A DNA stretch of 64,000 bases, from NCBI GenBank assembly GCA_019244185.1, contig JAFATB010000011.1:32001-96000 (forward strand). The letters run 5' to 3'. The DNA comes from Acidobacteriota bacterium. Its GTDB lineage: Bacteria > Acidobacteriota > Thermoanaerobaculia > Gp7-AA8. Within the stretch, counting starts at the first letter, position 1; the number at the start of each line of letters is the position of its first letter. Position numbers and translations under genes: made by a program. Below the pieces are notes generated by a model. It did not search any database. It worked only from the letters and a program-made list of their open reading frames with translations, and was not told where the DNA came from. This document shows positions 9,054-19,041 of the stretch, piece after piece.

Positions 9054-12000
9054 ATGCGTCCTCGGATCCTCGTCTCTCTCGCCGCTCTCCTCTGCGCGTT
9101 TCCGGCGCTCGCCGCGATCACCGGAAGCGTGATGTCGACCGACGGCCAGCCGCTCGCCGGCGCGCGCGTTTCGGCCTACGGTTTCGAATCCGCGGAAGGG
9201 CGCCACGCGCGGCTCGTCTCCGCGAATCCGGAGCCGGTGCCGCTCGCGTCGACGCAGACGGATGCGAAGGGGAGCTTCTCGCTCGAATCGCCGAAAGGCG
9301 CCGTCGTCGAGCTGCGCGTCTTCCTGCGCGGCTACGAGCCGGCCGCGCGGCGCGTCGAGCGCGACGAGGACACGGGCACGTTCGCGCTGCAAAAGCTGGA
9401 GATGAAGAGCGGCAGCGTGAAGGCCGGCAACAAAGCGGTGGCAAACGCGCTCGTCGCCATCGCGTACGGCACGTACGAGTATCAGACGAAGACCGACGAG
9501 CAGGGACGCTACGAGGCGCCCGATCCGAAACGCGCGCGCAGCCTCGTCATCGTGCATCCCGACTTCGCCATCGACGAGGAAGTCTTCCCGTTCAACAACA
9601 GCGTCACCGCGACGAAGCTCCAGCGCACGCTCGTCATGGGGACCGCGTTCAGCGGACGCGTGGTCGAGCAGGACGGCAGGACGCCGGCGGCGAAGGCGAC
9701 GGTCACGGTGAACGGCTGGCCGCGCGCGACGGCGGGCGACGACGGCGCGTTCACGATCGCGCACACGCAGCCGCGCTGGAGCTCGCTCGCGGCGACGAAG
9801 AACGCGCTGGCCGGGGAGCGCGCGTACACGACGGAGAAGAACGTCGTCGTGCGCCTCGCAAAGCCGGCGGTCGTCGCCGGACGCGTGCTGGATGCGAAGA
9901 CGAAGCTGCCGGTTGCGGGCGCGATCGTGCGCGTCTCGCCGCGCGGGCCGATGGACGTCAACCGCGGCAGCGGCTGGACGGCGATGACGGACGCGAAAGG
10001 GATGTACACGCTGAGCGTGACGCCGGGCGCGTACTCGTTCAGCGCGACGCATCCGGCGTTCGACGGCTCCGCGTCCGACATCGCCACGACCGCGGGGCAG
10101 ACGCTGTCTCGCGACGTTGCGATGACGCAGCTCGCGCGCGTGAGCGGCGTCGTCGTCGATGAAGCGCGCAAGGGCGTGCCGGCTGCGTTCGTGACGCCCG
10201 AGGAGAACGGCGGCGACGGCATGCCGCGCATGATGCGCGGACCACGCGAGGCGGTGGCGAGCGGTCCCGACGGACGCTTCAGCCTGCGCGCGACGACGGA
10301 AGTCGCGATGCGTCTGCGCGCGACGAAGAAAGGACTGCCGACCGTGCGCAGCGAGGCGCTGCGGCTGACGGCGGGCGAGCGCAAGAGCGGCGTCGTGATC
10401 ACGATTCCGAACGGCATCGCGGTCACCGGACGCGTCACCGATCGCGACGGCAAGCCGCTGTCGGGCGTCGCGGTCGCCGCGAACGAAGAATCGGGCGGCC
10501 GCGGACGCGGCATGCGCATCATGATCACGCCCGACCGCGACGACAACGACGACGCCGTGCGCACCGGAACCGACGGCGCGTTCTCGCTGCGCGTGAAGGA
10601 AGGGACGTACGACTTCACGTTCCGCCGCGACGGCTACACGACGAAAGCCGTGCGCGCCAAGAGCGTCTCCGCGACGGCGGCGCCGGAGCCGATGAGCGTC
10701 GCGCTCGATCCGAGCGTCGAAGTCTCCGGACGCGTGACGCGCGGCGGCAACGGCGTCGAAGGCGTGACGATCTTCGCGATGAGCGAGGATCCGGTGAACA
10801 CGACCACCGGCCCCGACGGCTCGTTCGTCCTCGCGAACCTCGCGCCGGGACCGATTCGCCTGATGCTGCGCAAAGACACGGAGTTCATCTCCGACTCGCG
10901 CAGCGTCACCGCGCCGGCGCGCGACTTCACGATCGACCTGCCCGCGGGCACGCGCGTCTCGGGACGCGTCATCGACAAGACCTCGCGCAAGCCGCTGACG
11001 ACGTTTCAGGCGGGGCTCAGCGTCTCGCGCGGCGGCGGCGGCATGATGATGGTCGCGCCGCCGATGCTGCAGAGCTTCACCAGCGACGACGGCTCGTTCA
11101 CGCTCGACAACGTGCCCGCGGGCGCGGTCAACCTCACCGCGCAGGCGCCCGGCTATACCAGCGGTCGCACGACGGTGACGGTGGAGGAAGGAAAGCCGCT
11201 CGACAACGTCGAGCTCGCGCTCGAGCCGGGCGTGCGGCTCACGGGCAAAGTCACGGGTCCCGACGGCGCGCCGGTCAGCGACGTCACCGTGCGCGTGGCG
11301 TTCTCGCCGGAGCGCGGCATGCGCAACGGTCCGAACGATCGCCGCGCGACGACCGACGCGAACGGCGAGTACGTGCTCGACTCGCTCGACGCGGGCACCG
11401 AGACGATCGAGTTCACGCACCCGAAGTATCTCGCCACGCGGCAGGACGTCGAGCTGAAAGGCACGGACACGCGGCTCGACGCGCAGCTCTCCGCGGGACT
11501 GCGCGTGAGCGGCGTCGTGGTGACGGACAACGGCGCGCCCGCGGCCGACGCGGACGTCGAGGCGATGGCCGCCGGCGGCTCGAACCGCTCCACGCGCGCC
11601 GACGCGAACGGCGCGTTCAGCTTCGACGCGCTCTCACCTGTTCGTTATCGTTTCCTCGCGTCGAAGAACGGCTTCGCCTCCGGCCACGTCGACGACTTCG
11701 ACGTCACGAACAACACGCCTCTCCGCATCGTCCTCGGCAGCGGCGGCACGATCTACGGCCACGTCACCGGGCTCTCCGAGAACGATCTCGCGAACGCCGT
11801 CGTCGACGCGCGCGGCAACGGCTCCACGTCGACGTCCGCCGTCGACAGCTCCGGCAACTACCGCATCGAAGGCGCGCCGACCGGCACCGTGCAGGTCTCC
11901 GCGTCCGTCACCGCGCGCGGCTTCACGTCGCGCAAGATGACGGCGGTGCAGACGGTCGAAGTGTCGTCCGGCAGCGCGCAGCAGGTCGACCTGCAGTTCC

Positions 12001-13016
12001 GCTCCGACACCACCGTGCGCGGCCACGTCACGCGTAACGGGCAGCCGCTCGGCGACGCGAGCGTGATGTTCATGCCGCGCGTGCGCGGCCAGGCCAACGC
12101 CAGCACCACCACCGACGCCGCAGGCAATTACACGCTGAGCGGCATCGACGACGGCGACTACGCGGTCTACGTCGTCGACATGCAGCGCTTCAGCCCGTAC
12201 ACCACGCAATACGAGGTGCACGGCTCGGCGACGTTTGACATCGACTACACCGCGGCCTCGCTGCAGGGACGCGTCATCAACGCGTCGACGAACGAGCCGC
12301 TCGAAGGCGCGGACGTGCAGCTGCGCAGCACGACCCCGAGCGAGACGCTGCGCGCGTCGCGCGGCGTCGCCAGCGACTCGAACGGCGCGTTCACGCTGGA
12401 GTTCGTACCGCCGGGCACGTACACCGTCACCGCGTCGAAGGACGGTTTCGGCAATCAGATGACGGAGGTCAACGTCGGCGACAGCGCGCAGAGCGTGGAG
12501 CTCAAGCTCGCCCCGCAGGACGGCGTCACGCTGCGCGTCGTCGACGGCCGCAACGGCCAGCGGCTCACCGCGTCCGCGTACATCTTCGACGCCGCGGGAC
12601 GCTACGTCGATGCGAAACGGTCGATGTTCGACGGCACCGGCAGCGATCTCAGTCTCCCGCTCGCGGCGGGGCAGTACTCGATCACCGTCGATGCGAACGG
12701 CTATGCGTCGCGCACGGTCTCCGCGAACGCGCCGTCGATGCAGACCGTCGCGCTCACGCCCGGCGGCACGCTGATCATCCACGCGAAGAGCGCAGTGCGC
12801 GGCCACGCACTGCTGCTCGATTCGAACGGCATCCCGTACCCGCGCCTCGGCATGCGTCCGGCGACGATCGATCTCTTCCCGCATCCCGGCGCGACGATCC
12901 TCAATCACGTCGCACCGGGCACGTACACGCTGCAGCTGCTCGACGCGAACAACGCGCCGGTGGACTCGAAGCAGGTGGTGATCGGCGAAGGCGGAACGAT
13001 CGACGTCGACTTGTGA
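9054..13016 (+). CDS. Large secreted protein with multiple carboxypeptidase-regulatory-like (CnaB/transthyretin-like) repeats
   Basis: Signal peptide MRPRILVSLAALLCAFPALA; more than ten repeats of GRV.D..G.P..GA.V....TD..G.F.L....G.Y. Confidence 0.85.
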   Translation: MRPRILVSLAALLCAFPALAAITGSVMSTDGQPLAGARVSAYGFESAEGRHARLVSANPEPVPLASTQTDAKGSFSLESPKGAVVELRVFLRGYEPAARRVERDEDTGTFALQKLEMKSGSVKAGNKAVANALVAIAYGTYEYQTKTDEQGRYEAPDPKRARSLVIVHPDFAIDEEVFPFNNSVTATKLQRTLVMGTAFSGRVVEQDGRTPAAKATVTVNGWPRATAGDDGAFTIAHTQPRWSSLAATKNALAGERAYTTEKNVVVRLAKPAVVAGRVLDAKTKLPVAGAIVRVSPRGPMDVNRGSGWTAMTDAKGMYTLSVTPGAYSFSATHPAFDGSASDIATTAGQTLSRDVAMTQLARVSGVVVDEARKGVPAAFVTPEENGGDGMPRMMRGPREAVASGPDGRFSLRATTEVAMRLRATKKGLPTVRSEALRLTAGERKSGVVITIPNGIAVTGRVTDRDGKPLSGVAVAANEESGGRGRGMRIMITPDRDDNDDAVRTGTDGAFSLRVKEGTYDFTFRRDGYTTKAVRAKSVSATAAPEPMSVALDPSVEVSGRVTRGGNGVEGVTIFAMSEDPVNTTTGPDGSFVLANLAPGPIRLMLRKDTEFISDSRSVTAPARDFTIDLPAGTRVSGRVIDKTSRKPLTTFQAGLSVSRGGGGMMMVAPPMLQSFTSDDGSFTLDNVPAGAVNLTAQAPGYTSGRTTVTVEEGKPLDNVELALEPGVRLTGKVTGPDGAPVSDVTVRVAFSPERGMRNGPNDRRATTDANGEYVLDSLDAGTETIEFTHPKYLATRQDVELKGTDTRLDAQLSAGLRVSGVVVTDNGAPAADADVEAMAAGGSNRSTRADANGAFSFDALSPVRYRFLASKNGFASGHVDDFDVTNNTPLRIVLGSGGTIYGHVTGLSENDLANAVVDARGNGSTSTSAVDSSGNYRIEGAPTGTVQVSASVTARGFTSRKMTAVQTVEVSSGSAQQVDLQFRSDTTVRGHVTRNGQPLGDASVMFMPRVRGQANASTTTDAAGNYTLSGIDDGDYAVYVVDMQRFSPYTTQYEVHGSATFDIDYTAASLQGRVINASTNEPLEGADVQLRSTTPSETLRASRGVASDSNGAFTLEFVPPGTYTVTASKDGFGNQMTEVNVGDSAQSVELKLAPQDGVTLRVVDGRNGQRLTASAYIFDAAGRYVDAKRSMFDGTGSDLSLPLAAGQYSITVDANGYASRTVSANAPSMQTVALTPGGTLIIHAKSAVRGHALLLDSNGIPYPRLGMRPATIDLFPHPGATILNHVAPGTYTLQLLDANNAPVDSKQVVIGEGGTIDVDL

Positions 13017-13025
13017 GGAAGGCGG

Positions 13026-13655
13026 CTACGGCTCGTCGTCGTGCTCTTCGACCATCGGCGGCTCGGGGATCTCGGCGACGACTTCGAGCGCGATGCGGTC
13101 GCGGTCGATGCGCGGCGCGCCGCTGCTCATGAAGATGTTCTTGCGGTACTTCTCGAGCCGCTTGAAGAGGTGATGCAGGTCGTACGTGAGCCGCATGACG
13201 GTGCGGCGCAGCTTGTACTTCACGCGGCGGAAGGCCTCGAGGTCGTCGCCGCGCAGGGTGGGGAAGAACGACTGGATCTCGGCGATGCGCTTGCGCACCT
13301 TCTCGAGGTCTTTGTCCTGGATGTTGAGGAAGACTTCGCGGCCGTCGACGAGCAGCGGCTCGGTGCCGCTCATCTCGGCGTCGAACCAGTTCCAGAGCTG
13401 AATGAGATCGATGCGGCGCCCTTTCGAGAGAAAGCGCGTCTCGAGCAGATCCTGGCGGAAGTAGCCGAGGAGCTTGCGGTCGTCGGTCTTGTTGAACTCG
13501 TCGTCCGAAAGGTTCCGGATGTTCCAGACGCCGTAGCGGATGATGTCGTTGCGCGTCGAGCGCAACTGCCGGATCACTTCCTCGAGGATCGGGAGCGGGA
13601 GCTGCGCCAGAGTCTGCGCTTCCGCGAGCGGTTCCCGCGGCATGGTTTCAGACAT
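13026..13655 (-). CDS. Hypothetical cytoplasmic alpha-helical protein (~209 aa)
   Basis: C-terminal part of ORF 13026..14144 has typical codon bias and normal composition from MSETMPRE; no family recognised. Confidence 0.7.
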   Translation of the reverse strand: MSETMPREPLAEAQTLAQLPLPILEEVIRQLRSTRNDIIRYGVWNIRNLSDDEFNKTDDRKLLGYFRQDLLETRFLSKGRRIDLIQLWNWFDAEMSGTEPLLVDGREVFLNIQDKDLEKVRKRIAEIQSFFPTLRGDDLEAFRRVKYKLRRTVMRLTYDLHHLFKRLEKYRKNIFMSSGAPRIDRDRIALEVVAEIPEPPMVEEHDDEP

Positions 13656-13678
13656 GGCCGGCGAAGGATACACGATCC

Positions 13679-16597
13679 TCAGTTCGGCGAAACGCCGGCG
13701 AAGAACGTGGCGTCGCCGCTGCGCGTGTCGATGAGCGACGCGTACGCGGCGCCGCTGCCGCTGGTGAAGCGCACGACCGCGCGCCCGTTCGCGACGCGCG
13801 CGACGACCGGCGTCTGCGCGATGCCGCCCGCGGTGGCGAGCTCGTGGCGTTCGACTTCCGCGCCCGCGGCGTCGTAGACGATGACCTCCGCCGTCGCGGC
13901 GTGCGACGAGACGAAGCCGACGTTCGTGCGATACGCGTTCGTGTGCTCGACGAAGGCGATGAACTGCGCGCCGTCGCGCTCGGGCGCGAAGGACACGTAC
14001 TGCGAAGTGCCGTCGTGCACGATGCGCGTTTGTGCGTTGTCGTCCGTGATAAATGCGCCCGCTGTGCCGGCGACGAGCGACGCGCCGGTGAGGCCGTCGT
14101 GGATGTAGTCGGCGTCGTTCGCGTTCCACAGCTCGCTGTGCCACGCGCCGCTGTCGATCGCGGGCGCGATCGCGGCGCCCGTGCGCGCGTGCGCCGCGGG
14201 GATGAACATCGCGTCGCCGCTCGCATCGTCGATCTGCGAGAGATACGCGACGACGCGCGTGTCGCCTGTGGTGACCTCGATTGCGGCGTCGGGGCCGCCG
14301 TACGCGAACTGCACGTGGCTGAACGGCGCGATCGCGATGTCGAATGCGGCGCCGTCGGGCGGCGTCACGCGCGCGACACCTTCGCTCCCGCCGGCTTCGG
14401 TGATGCCGAGGTTCCAGCGCTGCGCGGCGAGTGGCAAGCCGGAGAGAAGCAGCGGAGCTTCGCCGCGCGCGGTGGATTCGAGCTGACTCGGAATCTGTTC
14501 GCCGAACGTGCCGCGCGACGTCTCCGCGTACGTGCGGCTCGCGACGAGGAGCTCGTCGCCGAGCACTTCGAGGCTGCCGCTGCCGGTCGTGCCGAACGCG
14601 CTCGCGACGACGTCATCGAACGCCAGCGTTTCGCCGGGCGCGAGCGATGCCTGCATCGCAACAAAGTCCGTGCGTCCATCCGCGCCGCTCGGCGTGAAGA
14701 TCAGCGTCGCGTTGCGCGACGCATCAGCGGTGTTCGTGATACGCACGTCGGAACGGAACGCGGCGGCGCCGACGCCATAGACGTGCGTCACGACGGGAAT
14801 CATCACGCGCTGCGCGGCTGACGATGGCCGCTGCGTTTGCGGCGTGTCGCCGAAGCCGATCAGCAGAGCCCACGACAGCAGCGTGCCCGTGTCGAGCGCG
14901 CGCAGGTCGCGTACGCGCAGCGTCCACGTGCCGGCCGCGGAATGGCCGAGGAGAGGCGTGAGCGGCTCGGCGGGAACGGCGTCGCGGCCGAACGTCGCGT
15001 GCACGTCGGCGGCGCGTTCGAGCGACACCGGCTGCAAGAGCACGGTCGTGCCGTCGGGCGCGATGAGCTCGATGCGCAGATCGCCGCGCGACGGATGCGC
15101 GATGTCGACACGCACCGCGATCGACGCAATCGCGCGCGGATCGTCGATGGTGATCGTCGACAGCACTCCGTCGATGCTGTTCTCCGGAATCGCGAGCCCA
15201 CGCTGTGGACTCTGGAACAACGTCAGCTCGCCGCGCGGCAACGCGCCCGCGCAATCCGTGAGAATGCCGCGCGCGCTCATCGCGGCGCAGATCGTCGGTG
15301 CGTGCGCGCGGCCGTAGAGCAGTCGATCGCTTTCGAGAAGGCGCTGCGCCATCACCGCGTACGTCGGCTGCGGCGGCGCGTCGAACAGCGACTCGATGAG
15401 CACCGTATCGGCGATGCGCCGCGCCTCGTCGACGTTGCCGGTCTCGCGCGCGAGCGTCACGAGGATCTCGCGCAGCGCCGACGACCAGATCGCGCCGTTC
15501 TGGTGCTCGACGCCCGACGACTCGTTGCGGTTGTAGTCGGCCATCGTCTTCGTGCTGTCGAGCCGGCGCAGGCAGTCGCTGCCCGGCGCGTAGCCGCACT
15601 GCTGCGACGCGTCGTCTTCCCAGCAGCGCGCGTCCCAGTCGGCGAAGCAGAACGGATCGCGCCCCGACGCGAGCCGCTGCGCGTAATGCGCGGAGAACGC
15701 CCAGTAGTCGCCGAAACCTTCGCTGAACGCGCGTGCCTCGCTCGCAAACGCGCCGCTGAAGGTGCCCGGCGAGATCCATTCGAGGATCGCATGTCCGTAC
15801 TCGTGCACGACGAGATCGGCGTCCTCGGCATCATCCGTCCCGCCGTCGCCGTAGAAGAGCGTTCCGCGCCCCGGCTGCGTCGACGGGAGAAAAAACGAGT
15901 TGTCGCTGCCGCTCGCGGCGTGCGGGTCGACTTCGATGGCGTACGGCACGACCGCGCGGTCGCCGCGATATCCGAGGGATTGCAGGTAGTGCTGCGAGCG
16001 ATCGATGTGGAAGTACGCGTTGACGGCTTCGAATCCATCCTGCTCGCGGTCAAAAAGGAGAGACGCCGATGCATCCGGCGGCGCGACGTTCGGCGGCTGC
16101 CGGTCGATGATCTGCGCGGCCGGTCCGCGCAGCGCGCCGCTCTCCGCGACGTCGTCGAGCACGACGTCTTCATATGCATCGGCCGGCACCGCGGACGACG
16201 CGTCGTTGTGATCCTGCAGCGACGGGTCGTTGCGCGCGACGACCGGATTCGGATCGAACACGCGCGCCGGCTTCGCGCGGAAGAAGAGCGGCGTGCGCCG
16301 CAGCAGCTCGCCGGTGACCGCGTCGTAGTCGTACGCGTAAGGCTGCAGCGGAGCGTCGCTTCGAATGACGCGCCGCGCGACGCGACCGTCGATGAGGCGC
16401 AACTCCGACGCGATGGTCGCGCGCGGTTCCGCGACCGCATCCGCGCACGGCGCGACGATGAAGTGCTCCGTTGGCAGATTGTCGACGTACTCGCGGTAGC
16501 GGCAGTGGCGTCCCGTCAGCGAGTCGCGCACGAGCTCGAGGCGCAGGTCGGCGCGCGCCGAAAGCGCGACGAGCAGCGCGAGAACGAGAGATCGCAT
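13679..16597 (-). CDS. Secreted M36/M4-like zinc metallopeptidase with proprotein-convertase P-domain and C-terminal beta domain
   Basis: Signal peptide MRSLVLALLVALSARA; HEYGH followed by FSEGFGDYWA; P-domain IAHPSRGDLRIEL...GTWTLRVRD...G.L.SW. Confidence 0.85.
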   Translation of the reverse strand: MRSLVLALLVALSARADLRLELVRDSLTGRHCRYREYVDNLPTEHFIVAPCADAVAEPRATIASELRLIDGRVARRVIRSDAPLQPYAYDYDAVTGELLRRTPLFFRAKPARVFDPNPVVARNDPSLQDHNDASSAVPADAYEDVVLDDVAESGALRGPAAQIIDRQPPNVAPPDASASLLFDREQDGFEAVNAYFHIDRSQHYLQSLGYRGDRAVVPYAIEVDPHAASGSDNSFFLPSTQPGRGTLFYGDGGTDDAEDADLVVHEYGHAILEWISPGTFSGAFASEARAFSEGFGDYWAFSAHYAQRLASGRDPFCFADWDARCWEDDASQQCGYAPGSDCLRRLDSTKTMADYNRNESSGVEHQNGAIWSSALREILVTLARETGNVDEARRIADTVLIESLFDAPPQPTYAVMAQRLLESDRLLYGRAHAPTICAAMSARGILTDCAGALPRGELTLFQSPQRGLAIPENSIDGVLSTITIDDPRAIASIAVRVDIAHPSRGDLRIELIAPDGTTVLLQPVSLERAADVHATFGRDAVPAEPLTPLLGHSAAGTWTLRVRDLRALDTGTLLSWALLIGFGDTPQTQRPSSAAQRVMIPVVTHVYGVGAAAFRSDVRITNTADASRNATLIFTPSGADGRTDFVAMQASLAPGETLAFDDVVASAFGTTGSGSLEVLGDELLVASRTYAETSRGTFGEQIPSQLESTARGEAPLLLSGLPLAAQRWNLGITEAGGSEGVARVTPPDGAAFDIAIAPFSHVQFAYGGPDAAIEVTTGDTRVVAYLSQIDDASGDAMFIPAAHARTGAAIAPAIDSGAWHSELWNANDADYIHDGLTGASLVAGTAGAFITDDNAQTRIVHDGTSQYVSFAPERDGAQFIAFVEHTNAYRTNVGFVSSHAATAEVIVYDAAGAEVERHELATAGGIAQTPVVARVANGRAVVRFTSGSGAAYASLIDTRSGDATFFAGVSPN

Positions 16598-16605
16598 CGC
16601 GAGTG

Positions 16606-18918
16606 TTACGGCAGCGCATTCGCCTGCGTCGGGGTGCCGCCGGCCTGCAGCGTCGCCGCCTCCGCCGCGGGGAGCGAGAAGAAGAAGCGCGTGCCCTGCC
16701 CTTCCTTGCTCTCGACCCAGATCGCGCCGCCGTGGCGCTCGATGATCTGCTTGGTGATGTAGAGGCCGAGGCCGAGACCGCCGTAGTTCGTCGACGAGAC
16801 CTGGCGGCCGCGGTGGAAACGCTCGAAGACCTGTCCCAGCTCGTCGGCGGGGATGCCGATGCCGCGGTCGCACACCGCCGTCACGAAAGCTTCGCCTTTA
16901 TCTTCGACGGTCACGGTGATGTCGCTGCCGTCCGGCGAGTACTTCACGGCGTTCTCGAGGAGATTCCCGAGCACCTGTTCGAGGCGGTCGCGGTCGCCGG
17001 TGACGATCTTGTCGTCGTCGGGAACGCTGACGTGGAAGCGGCGGTCGCTCACCGCGGTGTGATGGCGATGCACGACGTCGCGGACGAAATGCGACCAGGC
17101 GATCGGCTCACGGCGGATCTCGAGACGTCCCGTCTCAATGCGCGAGACGTCGAGCAGTTCGAGGATGAGGCGCGACATGCGGTCGATCTGGTCGAGCGCG
17201 ATGTCGAGGTACTCCTCGGACGTACTGAGGTCGCCTTCCTTGATCAGCATCTTCGCGAGCTGCGTGTAGCCCTTGATCGACGTGACCGGCGTGCGCAGCT
17301 CGTGCGAGGCGATGGAGAGGAACTCGTCCTTGAGGCGCGACAGGTCTTCGACCTTCCGCCGCGCGTCGACCTGTTCGGTGTAGAGCTTCGCGTTCTCGAT
17401 CGCCAGCGCGGCGCGCTCGGCGAGGATCTCCGCGAGCGGCAGCTTGTCGTCGGTCATCGCGCGGTCGGGATCGTTCGCGGCGATGATCAGCGCGCCGAGC
17501 ATCTCGCGCCGCGTGCGCAGCGGCAGGATGAGCAGCGAGGCGAGCTTCATCGGCATCGGGTGATACGTGCCGGGATTGGTCATGTCCGCCGCCGCGCGGA
17601 TGTTCGTCGTCAGCGACGGATAGCCGGTCGAGACGACCTGCCCGATGATCCCTTCGCCGACCACGAGCGGCTGGCGATAGATGTACGACCACGCCAAGCC
17701 GAGCGAGGCCATGTCGCGGTGATAGATCGACGCGACGCTGAGCTCTTTCGACTCGGATGATTTGAGGATGACCGCCGACCAGTCGCCGAGCACTTCCGCG
17801 ACGCGCTCCGCGATGGCCTGCGTGACCCACGTCGGATCGATGTTGCTGGAGAAGAATGCGCCGGCGTCGGCGAGGATCTGCGCGCGCTCGGCCTGCAGCT
17901 GCATCTGCTCTTCGAGCGCGCGGCGTTCCGTGATGTCGCGGAACGTGACCACGACACCGGACGTGCGTCCTTCCTCGTGCAGCGGCGTCGCGCTCATCGA
18001 CACGGCGACGCGCAGGTCTTCGCGCGCGATGAGCACCGTCATGTCGTGCACGGCGCGTCCGGTCGACAGCGCCTGCGCCGCCGGCAGCTCTTCCGGATCG
18101 AGCAGGCGCGCGTGCTCGTCGCGCAAACGATAGACCTCGGATTGCCGGAAGATCGGCACTCCGATGTCGGCTTTGCCGAGCAGGCGCTGTCCGGCGGGAT
18201 TGATGAAGACGGTTTTGCCTTCGCCGTCGACGAGCATCACGCCGTCCGACATCCCGGCGATCATGGCCTCGGTGCGCCGCACCTGGCGCGTGATCGACTC
18301 GCCGAGGCGCTGCTCGATGCGCATGGCGGTCATCGCGGAGACGGCGATGAGCACGAGGCCGAGCACGACCATCGTGATCATCACCCACTGGCGCGCGCTG
18401 CTGATGCGATCGAGCGCGCTGGCTTGTTCGCTTCGGATGCGGTCAGAGATGAGCCCCTCGTAGTCGGGCGCCGCGCGGCGGAGCTGCGCCGTGGACAGCA
18501 TCGCGTCGGCCGCGTCTTTCGGCCGGCCGTCGTCGCGCAGCTTGATCTGCTCGTCGGTCAACTTCTTGACTTTGCTGAAGTGCTCGCGGAACTCGTCGAG
18601 CACCGGATGGTCGCGCGGGCGCGCGAGCTCGGTGGACTGCGACTCCGCTTTCTGGAACGAGCGTACCGCGTCGTCGTACTGCTGCGTGAACTGCGTCTGC
18701 CCGGTGAGGACATAGCCACGCGTCGCCGACACCATCGTCGTCAGCGAGTCGTCCATCTCGCGCACGGCGTCGAGGTACGGACGCGATTGCTGCACGATCT
18801 GATACTCCTGCCGCTGCTCCATGCGCAGCACCGCCAACGTCATGATGACGCCAGCGAGAATCAGCAGGGTGAGCCCAAGAAAGGCTCCCCAGATCATGCG
18901 CCGGATGGAAGGGGACAT
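16606..18918 (-). CDS. Sensor histidine kinase (CHASE3-like, PAS, GAF, HisKA, HATPase)
   Basis: Two TM helices flanking RGYVLTG; ASHELRTP; NAVKYS, DRGIG, GLGLGL. Confidence 0.9.
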   Translation of the reverse strand: MSPSIRRMIWGAFLGLTLLILAGVIMTLAVLRMEQRQEYQIVQQSRPYLDAVREMDDSLTTMVSATRGYVLTGQTQFTQQYDDAVRSFQKAESQSTELARPRDHPVLDEFREHFSKVKKLTDEQIKLRDDGRPKDAADAMLSTAQLRRAAPDYEGLISDRIRSEQASALDRISSARQWVMITMVVLGLVLIAVSAMTAMRIEQRLGESITRQVRRTEAMIAGMSDGVMLVDGEGKTVFINPAGQRLLGKADIGVPIFRQSEVYRLRDEHARLLDPEELPAAQALSTGRAVHDMTVLIAREDLRVAVSMSATPLHEEGRTSGVVVTFRDITERRALEEQMQLQAERAQILADAGAFFSSNIDPTWVTQAIAERVAEVLGDWSAVILKSSESKELSVASIYHRDMASLGLAWSYIYRQPLVVGEGIIGQVVSTGYPSLTTNIRAAADMTNPGTYHPMPMKLASLLILPLRTRREMLGALIIAANDPDRAMTDDKLPLAEILAERAALAIENAKLYTEQVDARRKVEDLSRLKDEFLSIASHELRTPVTSIKGYTQLAKMLIKEGDLSTSEEYLDIALDQIDRMSRLILELLDVSRIETGRLEIRREPIAWSHFVRDVVHRHHTAVSDRRFHVSVPDDDKIVTGDRDRLEQVLGNLLENAVKYSPDGSDITVTVEDKGEAFVTAVCDRGIGIPADELGQVFERFHRGRQVSSTNYGGLGLGLYITKQIIERHGGAIWVESKEGQGTRFFFSLPAAEAATLQAGGTPTQANALP

Positions 18919-18936
18919 CTCTGCCGGGCGCCTCCG

Positions 18937-18953
18937 TTGCAAAAATGACGCCG
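18937..18953 (-). promoter_or_regulatory. Putative sigma54 -24/-12 promoter for the CHASE3 kinase
   Basis: Minus strand reads CGGCGTCATTTTTGCAA (GG-N10-GC). Confidence 0.45.
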
Positions 18954-19001
18954 CCGTACCGCTAAGTCAAGGCAAATAAGGCACTTCTGACGCACGCCGT
19001 C

Positions 19002-19017
19002 AGGAACGCCGCGTGCA
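19002..19017 (+). promoter_or_regulatory. Putative sigma54 -24/-12 promoter for ku-ligD(PE)
   Basis: AGGAACGCCGCGTGCA has GG(19003)-N10-GC(19015); implied start ~19028 lies just before the GGAGG RBS. Confidence 0.45.
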
Positions 19018-19041
19018 GTATATGCCTCATCGGAGGCCGTC

